Assembly: GCA_964495695.1 (NCBI GenBank)
Contig: CAZBWR010000001.1
Span: 77,909-141,908 of the forward strand
Source: an uncultured Chitinophagales bacterium
GTDB taxonomy: Bacteria; Bacteroidota; Ignavibacteria; UBA10030; UBA6906
Length of the DNA: 64,000 nt
Reading direction: 5' to 3'
This document shows positions 1 through 9,237 of this stretch, piece by piece. The position numbers and the translations under genes are program-made. The notes under the pieces are model-generated. The model worked only from the letters and a program-made list of their open reading frames with translations. It made no database searches and was not told the origin of the DNA. Numbering within the stretch: position 1 is the stretch's first letter; each line of letters begins with the position of its first letter.

Positions 1-1
1 A

Positions 2-133
2 TTGTTCGGGTCCGTCGTGCGGAATGCCAAAGGAGATTGGGCAATCCAAATTTCCGAGAAACGCAATACAACAATCTATGCAAACCTGTCCCTCAAAACC
101 GAAATGGACATCGAGAACCCCTCCGGCTTCTGA
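2..133 (+). CDS. Possible 3' end of a CDS truncated by the left window edge (reads ...LFGSVVRNAKGDWAIQISEKRNTTIYANLSLKTEMDIENPSGF*)
   Basis: Frame 2 is open from the window edge to the TGA at 131-133. The translation looks protein-like and ends in Phe, as many outer-membrane barrels do. No start codon is visible and no family was recognised. Confidence 0.25.
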   Translation: MFGSVVRNAKGDWAIQISEKRNTTIYANLSLKTEMDIENPSGF

Positions 134-271
134 TTCCGCATCATTCCAAATTCCTCCGCCATTCCCTGCATGCTGTGAGTTTTCCTCGAAACTGCTATCT
201 TCTTAGAGTTGGCAGATGACGCTGAACGGCGACTCATCGGAGGCCGTGAAATACATTTCCGAAACTGAATA

Positions 272-1120
272 ATGCCGGAACTCCCCGACCTTCTCTACAT
301 AAGAGAATACTTCTCCAAAGAGGTCTGCGGAAGAACAATCGTCGGCGCTGCAGTAAAGCAACCGGTCGTGTTGCGGGTTGCAGTGGAGTCCGACTTTGCC
401 GATGGAGTACATGGCGCGGCAATTATCCGGTGCGATATTAACGGCCCCTTCATACAACTATTCTTGTCGAATGATCGGGAACTGATTCTGAATCTGATGC
501 TTGCAGGGAAGCTCCAACATCAAGGAATAGGAGAAAAGCCGGAAGGATACCTATGCATGTCGCTCAATCTCGATGACGGGTCCAACTTGAATCTTTGCGA
601 CGAAAAGAAAATGGCGAAAGCATATCTCATCGCCAAAGGAGAGCACCGGCATGTTCCCCGCTTCAGCGTGCAGGGTGTCGCTCTGCTCTCGCCGGAGTTC
701 ACGCCGGAACTCTTTGCATCACTCGCGAAGAAGCACTCCCGCAAGCAGGTACGAGTCCTTCTGAACGACCATACCATAATCAGCTCCATCGGCAACGCGT
801 ACGCGGACGAGATCTTGTTCGATGCCGGCATACATCCCAAGACATTTGTGGCGAAGTTGAATGAGGAGGAGATAATAAGGCTCTACCGCTCTATTCTCTC
901 AGTAATGCAATGGGGAATCGAGGCGGTACGAACCGCCGGGCAGCCGATCCATGTGAAGGTCCGCGGCCATATGAAAGTCCGGAACCGCAAAGGGGAGCCG
1001 TGTCCCCGCTGCGGGAACACAATCCGCCGCGAAGGCGTTCGGGGATACGACGTCTTCTTCTGTCCGGGTTGCCAGACACCGACCCGCACATCGTTTATTG
1101 ACTGGTCAACGAAACCGTAA
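272..1120 (+). CDS. Fpg/Nei family DNA glycosylase / AP lyase
   Basis: The N-terminus MPELPDL carries the catalytic Pro2/Glu3 signature. An H2TH region (GIGNAYADEILF) is present. The C-terminal zinc finger is CPRCG...CPGCQ. Confidence 0.85.
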   Translation: MPELPDLLYIREYFSKEVCGRTIVGAAVKQPVVLRVAVESDFADGVHGAAIIRCDINGPFIQLFLSNDRELILNLMLAGKLQHQGIGEKPEGYLCMSLNLDDGSNLNLCDEKKMAKAYLIAKGEHRHVPRFSVQGVALLSPEFTPELFASLAKKHSRKQVRVLLNDHTIISSIGNAYADEILFDAGIHPKTFVAKLNEEEIIRLYRSILSVMQWGIEAVRTAGQPIHVKVRGHMKVRNRKGEPCPRCGNTIRREGVRGYDVFFCPGCQTPTRTSFIDWSTKP

Positions 1121-1154
1121 CACAATAACATCAACCGAACCAACAGGAGTACCC

Positions 1155-2810
1155 ATGAAACATACTTTGCTCGTTCTACTCATGGCGGCAACACAAGTGT
1201 TTGCCCAGAAGGCATATCAACCCTCAAAGGCCGAGCGTGAGGCTATGCAGCATGTGAATGAGAAATCGCTTATGAGTCATATCCGCTTTCTGTCGCACGA
1301 TCTTCTGGAGGGACGCGCCCCGGCTACGCGTGGAGACATGCTTACGATCACCTACATCGCGTCGCAGATGGAACGCATCGGGCTCAAACCCGGAGGTGAA
1401 AACGGAACCTACTTCCAAAGTGTGCCGATCCTGTCAACTTATCTTGACCCGTCGGCAAGCCTGCTCGTCAGGGGCAGCGGCAAAGAACTGCGCATGCAGT
1501 TCAAAAAGGATTTCGTCGGAGCTATCGGAAACCAGCAACCCTCCGCATCGCTCAATAACGCAGAGCTTGTGTTTGTGGGATACGGCATTGACGCCCCCGA
1601 ACAAGACTGGAATGACTACAAGGATGTTGATGTGACGGGAAAAGTCCTGCTGATGATGAACAATGATCCGGCGACTGATGACCCGAATTTTTTTGGTGGA
1701 AAGGCCCGAACGTATTATGGTCGTTGGACATACAAATACGAAATCGCTGCGAAGAAAGGAGCAGCCGGCGCAATTATTATCCACACGACTCCCTCCGCCG
1801 GGTACGGCTGGAACGTTGTGGAGAACTCCTGGTCCGGCGAGCAATTTGAAACGAGGCGCAAGCCGGGGTCTCCCGCAGCAAGTTTTCTCGGCTGGACGAC
1901 GCTCGATGCAACGAAGCAGCTTCTTGCGTTGACCGGACACTCTGTCGACTCGCTGATGGCGCAAGCGGAAAGCAGAACGTTCCGACCCGTGCCGTTGAAC
2001 ATCACTGTTTCCGGCAACTTCTCCATGACGATAACAGAGAAGACCACGGCAAATGTCATTGGCGTGCTTGAAGGAAGCGACCCGAAACTGAGGAACGAAG
2101 CGGTCATTTTCACAGCGCATCACGACCATCTCGGCATTACCGAGCCGGTGAACGGTGATTCGATCAACAACGGCGCATTGGATAATGCGACCGGGGTAAG
2201 CGCTGTGCTGGGTCTTGCAGAGATGTTCAAATCGCTCCCTGTTAAACCGAAGCGTTCTATGGTGTTCATGACCGTGGCAGCAGAGGAATCAGGACTGATT
2301 GGCTCGCGGTATTATGTTGACAACCCGACATATCCGCACGCAAAGATCGCCGCAAACATAAATATCGACGGGCTGAACATATTTGGGAAGACCAAGGACA
2401 TCATTTTCATTGGATACGGTAAATCGTCGCTGGATAATGTTGTGAAGTCGGTTGCCGCATGGCAGAAGAGAACGGTAAAGCCTGATCAATTCCCGGAGCA
2501 AGGCTCATTCTACCGCTCCGACCAGTTTAATTTTGCAAAGGCGGGCGTTCCGGCAATGTATCTGCGAAGCGGGCTTGAGTATATCGGCAAGCCGGAGACA
2601 TTCGGCAAGGAGATGGTGGACCAGTATATCAAGAAGAACTACCACCAGCCGAGCGATGAAATCAGCGATGACTGGGAGTTGAGTGGAGCTGTGCAGGATG
2701 TTCAACTCATCTTCGGGGTTGCAAATATCGTGGCAAACGCCGAAGCAATGCCGGTGTGGAACAAGGGAGATGAGTTTGAAGGACCCCGACTGCGCTCTTT
2801 GGGGAAATAA
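1155..2810 (+). CDS. Secreted M28 family aminopeptidase with PA domain
   Basis: Start trimmed to the ATG at 1155, preceded by AGGAG at 1145-1149. Signal peptide MKHTLLVLLMAATQVFAQ. M28 metal-ligand motifs are present: AHHDHLG, DNATGVSAVL, AAEESGLIGS. Confidence 0.85.
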   Translation: MKHTLLVLLMAATQVFAQKAYQPSKAEREAMQHVNEKSLMSHIRFLSHDLLEGRAPATRGDMLTITYIASQMERIGLKPGGENGTYFQSVPILSTYLDPSASLLVRGSGKELRMQFKKDFVGAIGNQQPSASLNNAELVFVGYGIDAPEQDWNDYKDVDVTGKVLLMMNNDPATDDPNFFGGKARTYYGRWTYKYEIAAKKGAAGAIIIHTTPSAGYGWNVVENSWSGEQFETRRKPGSPAASFLGWTTLDATKQLLALTGHSVDSLMAQAESRTFRPVPLNITVSGNFSMTITEKTTANVIGVLEGSDPKLRNEAVIFTAHHDHLGITEPVNGDSINNGALDNATGVSAVLGLAEMFKSLPVKPKRSMVFMTVAAEESGLIGSRYYVDNPTYPHAKIAANINIDGLNIFGKTKDIIFIGYGKSSLDNVVKSVAAWQKRTVKPDQFPEQGSFYRSDQFNFAKAGVPAMYLRSGLEYIGKPETFGKEMVDQYIKKNYHQPSDEISDDWELSGAVQDVQLIFGVANIVANAEAMPVWNKGDEFEGPRLRSLGK

Positions 2811-2828
2811 CAACAAAAAGGCGACTTG

Positions 2829-2868
2829 GCGCGACTCCTTATCCGCACACCAGGAAATGGAGTCGCGC
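2829..2868 (+). terminator. Candidate stem-loop terminator after the M28 peptidase gene
   Basis: GCGCGACTCC (2829-2838) pairs perfectly with GGAGTCGCGC (2859-2868), with a 20-nt loop. It is followed by GCCTTTGCC, so the U tract is only weak. Confidence 0.35.
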
Positions 2869-3061
2869 GCCTTTGCCAGACTCTCCGACCCCTTGTAATT
2901 CTCCATTCTATTTTCTACTATTTCCCCAGCCGGTCAGGCATGCCGCATCCAACTCCTCACCTCAACTCAACATCTGACGAACCGGCCGCTGGCGCCGATC
3001 CGGGGGACGTCCGCTAGACATTGAGAGCTTTGTAAACTGTTCTTTTTTTTTGGAGGCAGCC

Positions 3062-4696
3062 ATGTTCACACGCATAGTTCTGGTGTTGGTGTGCAGTCTC
3101 TTCATCTCCGGGTCACACGCAACAGATAGCACCCCCCTTCTTCCTCTCCGATCAAACCTCGGCGATTTCCATCGCACAGTCTCAACCGGCAACACTCTAG
3201 CGCAACGCTACTTTGACCAGGGCTTTGCGCTATACTTCGGCTTCAATCATGAAGCCGCAATTGCTTCATTCAAGCAAGCGGCTGTACTTGATACAATGCT
3301 TGCAATGGCTTGGTGGGGACAGTCAATTTCCGCGGGACCGAATATCAACAATCCTTTTATGGACAGCGCGGCAGCCCACAATGCATGGATTGCCGTCAGC
3401 AAAGCCATCGAACTTTCACGGTACGCATCGCCGGTTGAGCGAAAGCTCATTAACGCGTTGTCGCATCGCTATACCTGGCCAGTGCCGGAAGACCGCCGTT
3501 CACTTGACGTCGCCTATGCGGACGCGATGCGGGAAGTCTGGCGGGAGTTCCCGAATGACGCCGACGTCGGCGCCTTGTTTGCAGATGCGATGATGAACCT
3601 CAGACCGTGGGATCTCTGGTCCGCTGACGGCAAACCGCGACCTGAGACACCAGAGATTGTTTCCACGATAGAAAAAGTGCTGGAACTGCAGCCCGACCAT
3701 CCGGGTGCATGCCACTTCTACATTCATACAATGGAAGCTTCCCCCTGGCCGGAGAAGGCGCTTCCTGCGGCCGACAGATTACGCAACAGAATTCCGGGCG
3801 CGGGACATCTTGTCCACATGCCTTCACATATTGACATCCGTCTCGGACATTATGCGAATGCAATCCTTGCCAATCAAAAGGGAATCGGTGCCGATAGCGC
3901 GTTCCTGGATCAGGGGGGATTCTACACATTATACCGGGCACACAACTTCCATTTCCTCGCCTATGCCGCGATGTTTGACGGGCAGCGCGCCCTTGCACTA
4001 AAGGCTGCGCGGGACATGATTGCGCAAATCCCGATTGAGGTGGTCCGGGAGTATGCCGACTTCCTTGACGGGTTCATGGCCGTTCCTATTCATGTTATGG
4101 TACGCTTCGGCATGTGGAACGACATTCTCGCAGAACCGAAGCCCCCCGAAGACCTTGTCGCCACCACAGCGTTCTGGCATTATGGCAGGACTGTTGCCCT
4201 TGCCTCGCTTCGCCGCACACAAGAGGCCATGAATGAATTGCAAGCACTGAAGCAATCCTACAAAGCAGTCCCCGAAACCCGGTATATCGGCAACAATCCG
4301 GTCGGCACAATCCTTAACGTCGGCCTCCCGCTCGCCGAAGGCGAAGTGGAATACCGACGCGGCAATTATGACAAGGCCTTCCGCCTGCTTCGACAGGCTG
4401 TGCAGCAAGATGACTCTTTGAGATACGACGAACCATGGGGCTGGATGATGCCCGTGAGGCACGCCCTCGGGGCACTCCTTTTGGAACGTGGCCGGCTCAA
4501 AGAAGCCGAGGACGTCTATCGTGAAGACCTCCGCATCCATCCGGACAATGGTTGGGCCCTGCGCGGCCTCATGGAATGCCTTCAACGAATGAAGCGCGCC
4601 GAGGAAGCAGCGGCGCTGGAAGCCAGATTCAAAGAGGTCTGGTCGCGTTCGGATATTCGCATCACTGCATCCTGCTTCTGCCGCATTGGGAGTTAA
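3062..4696 (+). CDS. Secreted TPR-repeat protein of unknown function
   Basis: ATG at 3062 with GGAGG 6 nt upstream. Signal peptide MFTRIVLVLVCSLFISGSHA. TPR-like helical repeats occur at both ends (e.g. YRRGNYDKAFRLLRQAVQ), and there is a conserved-looking HMPSHI motif. Confidence 0.7.
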   Translation: MFTRIVLVLVCSLFISGSHATDSTPLLPLRSNLGDFHRTVSTGNTLAQRYFDQGFALYFGFNHEAAIASFKQAAVLDTMLAMAWWGQSISAGPNINNPFMDSAAAHNAWIAVSKAIELSRYASPVERKLINALSHRYTWPVPEDRRSLDVAYADAMREVWREFPNDADVGALFADAMMNLRPWDLWSADGKPRPETPEIVSTIEKVLELQPDHPGACHFYIHTMEASPWPEKALPAADRLRNRIPGAGHLVHMPSHIDIRLGHYANAILANQKGIGADSAFLDQGGFYTLYRAHNFHFLAYAAMFDGQRALALKAARDMIAQIPIEVVREYADFLDGFMAVPIHVMVRFGMWNDILAEPKPPEDLVATTAFWHYGRTVALASLRRTQEAMNELQALKQSYKAVPETRYIGNNPVGTILNVGLPLAEGEVEYRRGNYDKAFRLLRQAVQQDDSLRYDEPWGWMMPVRHALGALLLERGRLKEAEDVYREDLRIHPDNGWALRGLMECLQRMKRAEEAAALEARFKEVWSRSDIRITASCFCRIGS

Positions 4697-4787
4697 GTAG
4701 TTTTTCTCCCGTTCGTTTTGTAAGATGGCGTGGCCGGCGGAAGAAACGTCGGCAATGCATTTCTCACATAATCAATCCGGGAGAGTA

Positions 4788-5291
4788 ATGATCAGAACCA
4801 TTATCGACTTTGAGCACCTCTGGTCGAGGGAAATCGAATCAACACAAAAGGTGATCAAACATCTCACAAACGAATCTCTCACGAAAGAAATCCATCCCGA
4901 CGTACGAACACTGGGACGGCTTGCGTGGCACATCGTCACGACAATTCCGGAGATGAGCGAAAGGACAGGATTGAAGCTTGCCGGCCCAAGGCCCGACAAC
5001 CCGATACCCGCAACTGCACGCGAGATTTTGCGGGGATACAGTGATGCAGCTATCTCCCTTCTCGAACAGGTAAAGAAGAATTGGAAGGACTCGACCCTGG
5101 AGGAGAAAGACGACATGTACGGCGAGAAGTGGAAACGGGGCTTCACGCTGCAGGCACTCATCAGTCACGAAATCCATCATCGCGGGGAAATGATCGTGCT
5201 GATGCGCATAGCCGGGCTCGCCGTTCCCGGAGTCTACGGTCCAACGCGTGACGAGTGGGCCAACTACGGTATGACTCCGCCCGCAGTGTGA
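4788..5291 (+). CDS. DinB family (DinB_2-like) metal-dependent protein
   Basis: Start trimmed to the ATG at 4788, preceded by GGGAG. Four-helix DinB pattern with His ligands (WHIVT..., HEIHHRGEM). Confidence 0.8.
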   Translation: MIRTIIDFEHLWSREIESTQKVIKHLTNESLTKEIHPDVRTLGRLAWHIVTTIPEMSERTGLKLAGPRPDNPIPATAREILRGYSDAAISLLEQVKKNWKDSTLEEKDDMYGEKWKRGFTLQALISHEIHHRGEMIVLMRIAGLAVPGVYGPTRDEWANYGMTPPAV

Positions 5292-5312
5292 GCAACGACG
5301 CTTCTGAATACG

Positions 5313-6068
5313 ATGCCAGACACGCAGCCCGATTATTTCTCGAAACAAGCATCCGAATACGCCAGGTACCGACCGGGATATCCTGATTCGATGTTCGAGT
5401 TTCTGGCCGACATCGCGCCGCGTCGAAACACCGCTCTGGATTGCGCGACAGGAAACGGGCAAGCTGCTGTGAGTCTTGCCTCGTTCTTCAGGCATGTGAT
5501 TGCAACTGACATGAGCCCTTCACAATTGGCGGCGGCAACGCCTCATCCGAACGTATCATATGTTGCCGCGCGCAGCGAAGCGCTCCCGGTTCGGGACGGC
5601 TCGATTGACCTGCTGACGGTCGCGCAAGCAATGCACTGGTTCCGGCTGGAGGAGTTCCACGCTGAGACACATCGGGTATTGTCAACCGGGGGTATTTGCG
5701 CTGTGTGGTCGTACGGCTTTCTCACAATCAATCAGGATATTGACGAAGTCATCCGCTATTATCACGACGAAATTCTCGGCCCGTTTTGGCCTGCTGAGCG
5801 GTGGCTCGTGCTCGACGGGTATGCCTCGCTACACTTTCCGTTTAAGCGGGCTGAAACCCGAACATTCGACATGGAGGCGGATTGGCCTCTCGATGCAATG
5901 CTCGGCTTCCTTCGGACTTGGTCGGCAACCCAGCGTTATATCGATGAGCGGGGGACGAACCCGGTTGAGCAGGTAGCTTCCCGACTCGTAGCGGCATGGG
6001 GAGACAGCAGAAAGAAAAGGCATGTCCGGTGGCCGCTGTCGCTGCGCTACGGATATGCTCAAGAATGA
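5313..6068 (+). CDS. Class I SAM-dependent methyltransferase
   Basis: SAM-binding motif I is ALDCATGNGQAA. Post-I/II motifs are present (VIATDMS, IDLLTVAQAMHWF). Typical Methyltransf_11 size. Confidence 0.85.
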   Translation: MPDTQPDYFSKQASEYARYRPGYPDSMFEFLADIAPRRNTALDCATGNGQAAVSLASFFRHVIATDMSPSQLAAATPHPNVSYVAARSEALPVRDGSIDLLTVAQAMHWFRLEEFHAETHRVLSTGGICAVWSYGFLTINQDIDEVIRYYHDEILGPFWPAERWLVLDGYASLHFPFKRAETRTFDMEADWPLDAMLGFLRTWSATQRYIDERGTNPVEQVASRLVAAWGDSRKKRHVRWPLSLRYGYAQE

Positions 6069-6123
6069 AGCGGATAGCCCGTACTAATCCACCACAACCA
6101 ATCACTTATCTAGGAGTCCCACG

Positions 6124-6810
6124 ATGAGATATACCACACTCATTGCCCTTCTATTTGTCGTGAGTACCATAACATTATCCCAGTGGCGTTTTGGTGTAAA
6201 CGGCGGCCTGAACTTTTCCACCGCCATGATTGATCCCGATCCGTCGGGAGGAAGGGCGAGCAAATCCGGCAGGACCGACGTGATTGGCGGACTGACCGCC
6301 GATTACGAACTCTGCAACCGAACGTCCGTCCGCACGGAGCTCAATTACATGCAATACGGCTATCGCTTTGAAGGGACGCAGACATTCGGAAACCAAAGCT
6401 TCACGCAAAAAGAGGATTACAAGGTCAACTATCTTGAAATCCCGATCATGGGAAGATATGATTTCAACGAGGGAGATTTGGAGTTCGCCGCATTTTTCGG
6501 TCCGTTCTTCGGGTTCAGGTTTTGCTCGGAGGAAGAGTACACGAACACGTTCGGCACATCAACACAATCGGGAAAGGCTGACAGGCGCGAGAATACGAGT
6601 ACGCTTCATTTTGGCTTGACCGGCGGACTTGGCGGCGAACTGAAACTGAACAACTCGTGGTCGGCCTATCTCGATGGACGGTATAATTTGGGACTGAACA
6701 ATATCTACAAAGAAGGCCCGAACTTTACTCCCCCGCCGAACTATCAGCAGCCCAACATCAAATACAGATCATTCAATCTTCACCTTGGACTTCTCTATAG
6801 AGTCGATTAA
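6124..6810 (+). CDS. Outer-membrane beta-barrel protein (OmpA-like barrel / porin family)
   Basis: Signal peptide MRYTTLIALLFVVSTITLSQ. Alternating hydrophobic beta-strand pattern with aromatic girdles, and a C-terminal LGLLYRV strand. TAGGAG RBS upstream. Confidence 0.75.
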   Translation: MRYTTLIALLFVVSTITLSQWRFGVNGGLNFSTAMIDPDPSGGRASKSGRTDVIGGLTADYELCNRTSVRTELNYMQYGYRFEGTQTFGNQSFTQKEDYKVNYLEIPIMGRYDFNEGDLEFAAFFGPFFGFRFCSEEEYTNTFGTSTQSGKADRRENTSTLHFGLTGGLGGELKLNNSWSAYLDGRYNLGLNNIYKEGPNFTPPPNYQQPNIKYRSFNLHLGLLYRVD

Positions 6811-6824
6811 TGCAATGACGGAGC

Positions 6825-6852
6825 GACCGGGCAGACATCATGCTGCCCGGTC
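6825..6852 (+). terminator. Candidate stem-loop terminator after the OMP gene
   Basis: Perfect 10-bp stem GACCGGGCAG / CTGCCCGGTC with an 8-nt loop, 15 nt after the stop codon. The trailing T tract is poor. Confidence 0.45.
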
Positions 6853-6897
6853 CTGCCGGATTGCTTTGCATCCGTGCTTTATGTATTATAGGGCAAG

Positions 6898-7593
6898 ATG
6901 CAGGACAGGATGTCGTCAGGTGCTTCACGAATCTTCCGTGAGCCGGTAAACGGACTCACACACGCCGCAGGGGCTCTCCTCTCTATCTTTGGTGTTTTCT
7001 TTTTGCTCAGCGTTGCCGCAGAAGAGGGGAAATCCACACACGTCGTTGCTTTCTCCATTTTCGGAGCGGGGCTTGTTGCCCTGTACAGCGCCAGCGCGTT
7101 ATATCATCTGCTTCGCGCGAGCGACAAGGTTATTGCAGCTCTTCGCAAGATCGATCACACGATGATTTTTGTGTTGATCGCGGGTACTTACACTCCCATG
7201 TGTATGATAGCCCTGCAAGGCTCCCTCGGTCTCACGCTGCTCATTACTATTTGGGCTATTGCAGCTGCGGGCATACTGTTCACGCTGTTCTGGATTAATG
7301 CCCCCCGCTGGCTCTCTACTTCTATTTATGTAGCAATGGGGTGGCTCGCGGTAACGGCAATTGTTCCACTCATGAATACCCTAAGCACCGAGGGACTCAC
7401 ATGGCTGCTTGCCGGAGGCGTGTTCTACACTTCAGGCGCTGTGATCTACGGAATGAAACGCCCCGATCCGTTTCCGGGAGTCTTTGGCTTTCATGAAATT
7501 TGGCATATGTTCGTCATGGCAGGGAGCTTTTGCCACTATATGATGATGTACAGAGCAGTTCTACCCCTTTCCATCGTTGCGGAGTTGCATTGA
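6898..7593 (+). CDS. Hemolysin III / PAQR family membrane protein
   Basis: Seven hydrophobic segments. Signature motifs are SALYH, KIDHTMIFVLIAGTYTP and FHEIWHMFV. Confidence 0.9.
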   Translation: MQDRMSSGASRIFREPVNGLTHAAGALLSIFGVFFLLSVAAEEGKSTHVVAFSIFGAGLVALYSASALYHLLRASDKVIAALRKIDHTMIFVLIAGTYTPMCMIALQGSLGLTLLITIWAIAAAGILFTLFWINAPRWLSTSIYVAMGWLAVTAIVPLMNTLSTEGLTWLLAGGVFYTSGAVIYGMKRPDPFPGVFGFHEIWHMFVMAGSFCHYMMMYRAVLPLSIVAELH

Positions 7594-8180
7594 AGTGTTC
7601 ATCCGTGTTTTTCGTCCTGGGAATCTTTTGTGCGGTTTGCACGGGATTCGCCCAAGACGCGGCGAGGCAATTTCTCGCAGACTTGCCGGCGCCGGCGGCA
7701 GATGCCTCTGAAGCGCTCCACCGTTGTCCGGACACGAACGACACACTCCTTACGCGTTTCATTGACGACTTGACTACTCTCACCCGAGAGGACACAGCAA
7801 ACGGTAAGGATTTACTGCGTCTCCATCACGCTATATTCGTGAAGTTGTTTGGAACGCTTCAACGGAAACTCGAAGAGGATATTCTGGCAGCGGGCGAACA
7901 AATAGACCGGGAAATTCGCAACTGCCCGAAGACCCGCAACGGAAACGAAATGGAAGTGTACCAGGCCGCATGTGTTGAAGAAGCAGAACGGCGGGGCCGG
8001 CTTCGACGCGTTGCCGCTGTCGACGACTACCTTTCGTACGTCAAAGAAGCATGGCCCGGATATCTGCATGAAATCAACGCCATGCTCGCTGCCTCGAAAC
8101 AGGCAGCGTGGCTGCTTGTTTTGCAGGTCGCCCGCAACGCGGCCACAATCACTGAGACTGCCGCACAATTCGCCAAGTAG
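7590..8180 (+). CDS. Hypothetical secreted helical protein
   Basis: The track ORF (7500-8180) overlaps the hemolysin III gene. I trimmed it to the TTG at 7590, which forms a TTGA overlap with the upstream stop and yields the signal peptide (M)KCSSVFFVLGIFCAVCTGFAQ. No family was recognised and the start is uncertain. Confidence 0.5.
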   Translation: MKCSSVFFVLGIFCAVCTGFAQDAARQFLADLPAPAADASEALHRCPDTNDTLLTRFIDDLTTLTREDTANGKDLLRLHHAIFVKLFGTLQRKLEEDILAAGEQIDREIRNCPKTRNGNEMEVYQAACVEEAERRGRLRRVAAVDDYLSYVKEAWPGYLHEINAMLAASKQAAWLLVLQVARNAATITETAAQFAK

Positions 8181-8211
8181 CCCTGTCACATCTCAATATC
8201 AAGGTGCATCC

Positions 8212-9201
8212 ATGAAAATACTTGCATTGCTCGTTGCCGGTGTAGCCGGCCTTGCCGTTGCTCAGACTCCGTCAAACCTCCGCCCCGTTCACACATACTC
8301 GATTGTGGCGCGCGACACCGTCACGGGCGACATGGGCGTTGCAGTGCAATCCCATTGGTTCAGCGTCGGATCGATTGTTACGTGGGCTGAAGCAGGTGTC
8401 GGGGCCGTGGCAACGCAATCGTTCGTCGATCCGGCATACGGCCCGCTCGGACTCGGATTGATGAAAGCCGGAAAAACCTCCCAACAAGCGCTCGAGTCGC
8501 TCATAGCAACAGACCCCGGCAAGGATGTCCGGCAGGTCGCAATGATTGACGTTAACGGCAACGTTGCCACACATACAGGCCAGAAGTGTATTCAGGGGGC
8601 CGGACACATCGTCGGAAAAAACTACTCTGTGCAGGCCAATCTTATGTTGAATGACAAAGTCCCTGCCGCCATGTCACAAGCATATGAAGGCGCCAGGGGG
8701 GATCTTGCCGAAAAGATGATGGCTGCCCTCGATGCCGCCGAGGCTGTTGGCGGCGACATTCGCGGAAAACAATCGGCGGCAATACTGATCGTCAAAGCGC
8801 AATCTACCGGACGTCCATGGGTGGACCGTGTGATGGAACTCCGTGTTGAAGACCATCCGGAACCTCTGAAGGAACTTCGCCGCCTCATCACCGTACACAG
8901 AGCTTACGATCACATGAACCGCGGCGATCTCGCTCTCGAACATAATGACGTTGACGGTGCGCTCCGTGAATATGCCGCAGCAGAGAAGATGTTCCCGGAC
9001 AATCTCGAAATGAAATTCTGGCATGCAGTCTCCCTCGTGAACATCGGGCGTGTGAAGGAGTCCCTCCCGATGTTCAAAACCATTTTTGCGAAAGACATGA
9101 ACTGGGCAACACTTATTCCCAGACTTCCCGCGTCGGGGGTGCTCAATGCGGACGATGCCACTCTAAAAGAGATACTTTCCGTGGCGCCCAAAAAGAAATG
9201 A
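8212..9201 (+). CDS. Secreted DUF1028 (Ntn-hydrolase-like) protein with C-terminal TPR-like helices
   Basis: Start trimmed to the ATG at 8212 (signal peptide MKILALLVAGVAGLAVAQ). The DUF1028 N-terminal signature is TYSIVARDTVTGDMGVAVQSHWFSVGS...AGVGAVATQS. Confidence 0.8.
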   Translation: MKILALLVAGVAGLAVAQTPSNLRPVHTYSIVARDTVTGDMGVAVQSHWFSVGSIVTWAEAGVGAVATQSFVDPAYGPLGLGLMKAGKTSQQALESLIATDPGKDVRQVAMIDVNGNVATHTGQKCIQGAGHIVGKNYSVQANLMLNDKVPAAMSQAYEGARGDLAEKMMAALDAAEAVGGDIRGKQSAAILIVKAQSTGRPWVDRVMELRVEDHPEPLKELRRLITVHRAYDHMNRGDLALEHNDVDGALREYAAAEKMFPDNLEMKFWHAVSLVNIGRVKESLPMFKTIFAKDMNWATLIPRLPASGVLNADDATLKEILSVAPKKK

Positions 9202-9237
9202 CGGACAATCCCGCTCCTACATTTTTTCTGACGATGC

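Noticed and set aside
203-457. 84-aa and 62-aa minus-strand ORFs overlapping the 5' end of the Fpg/Nei gene, and the 60-aa plus-strand ORFs at 24-219.
   Set aside because: They are short and overlap or antisense the well-supported glycosylase gene, or are R/P/S-rich with no RBS. Only the frame-2 reading from the window edge (2-133) looks protein-like, and it is reported separately at low confidence.
2826-2871. GC-rich inverted repeat considered as part of a tRNA or small structured RNA.
   Set aside because: No cloverleaf can be drawn. There is no T-loop GTTCGAATC-like element and no anticodon-arm geometry. It is better explained as a terminator-like hairpin after the peptidase gene.
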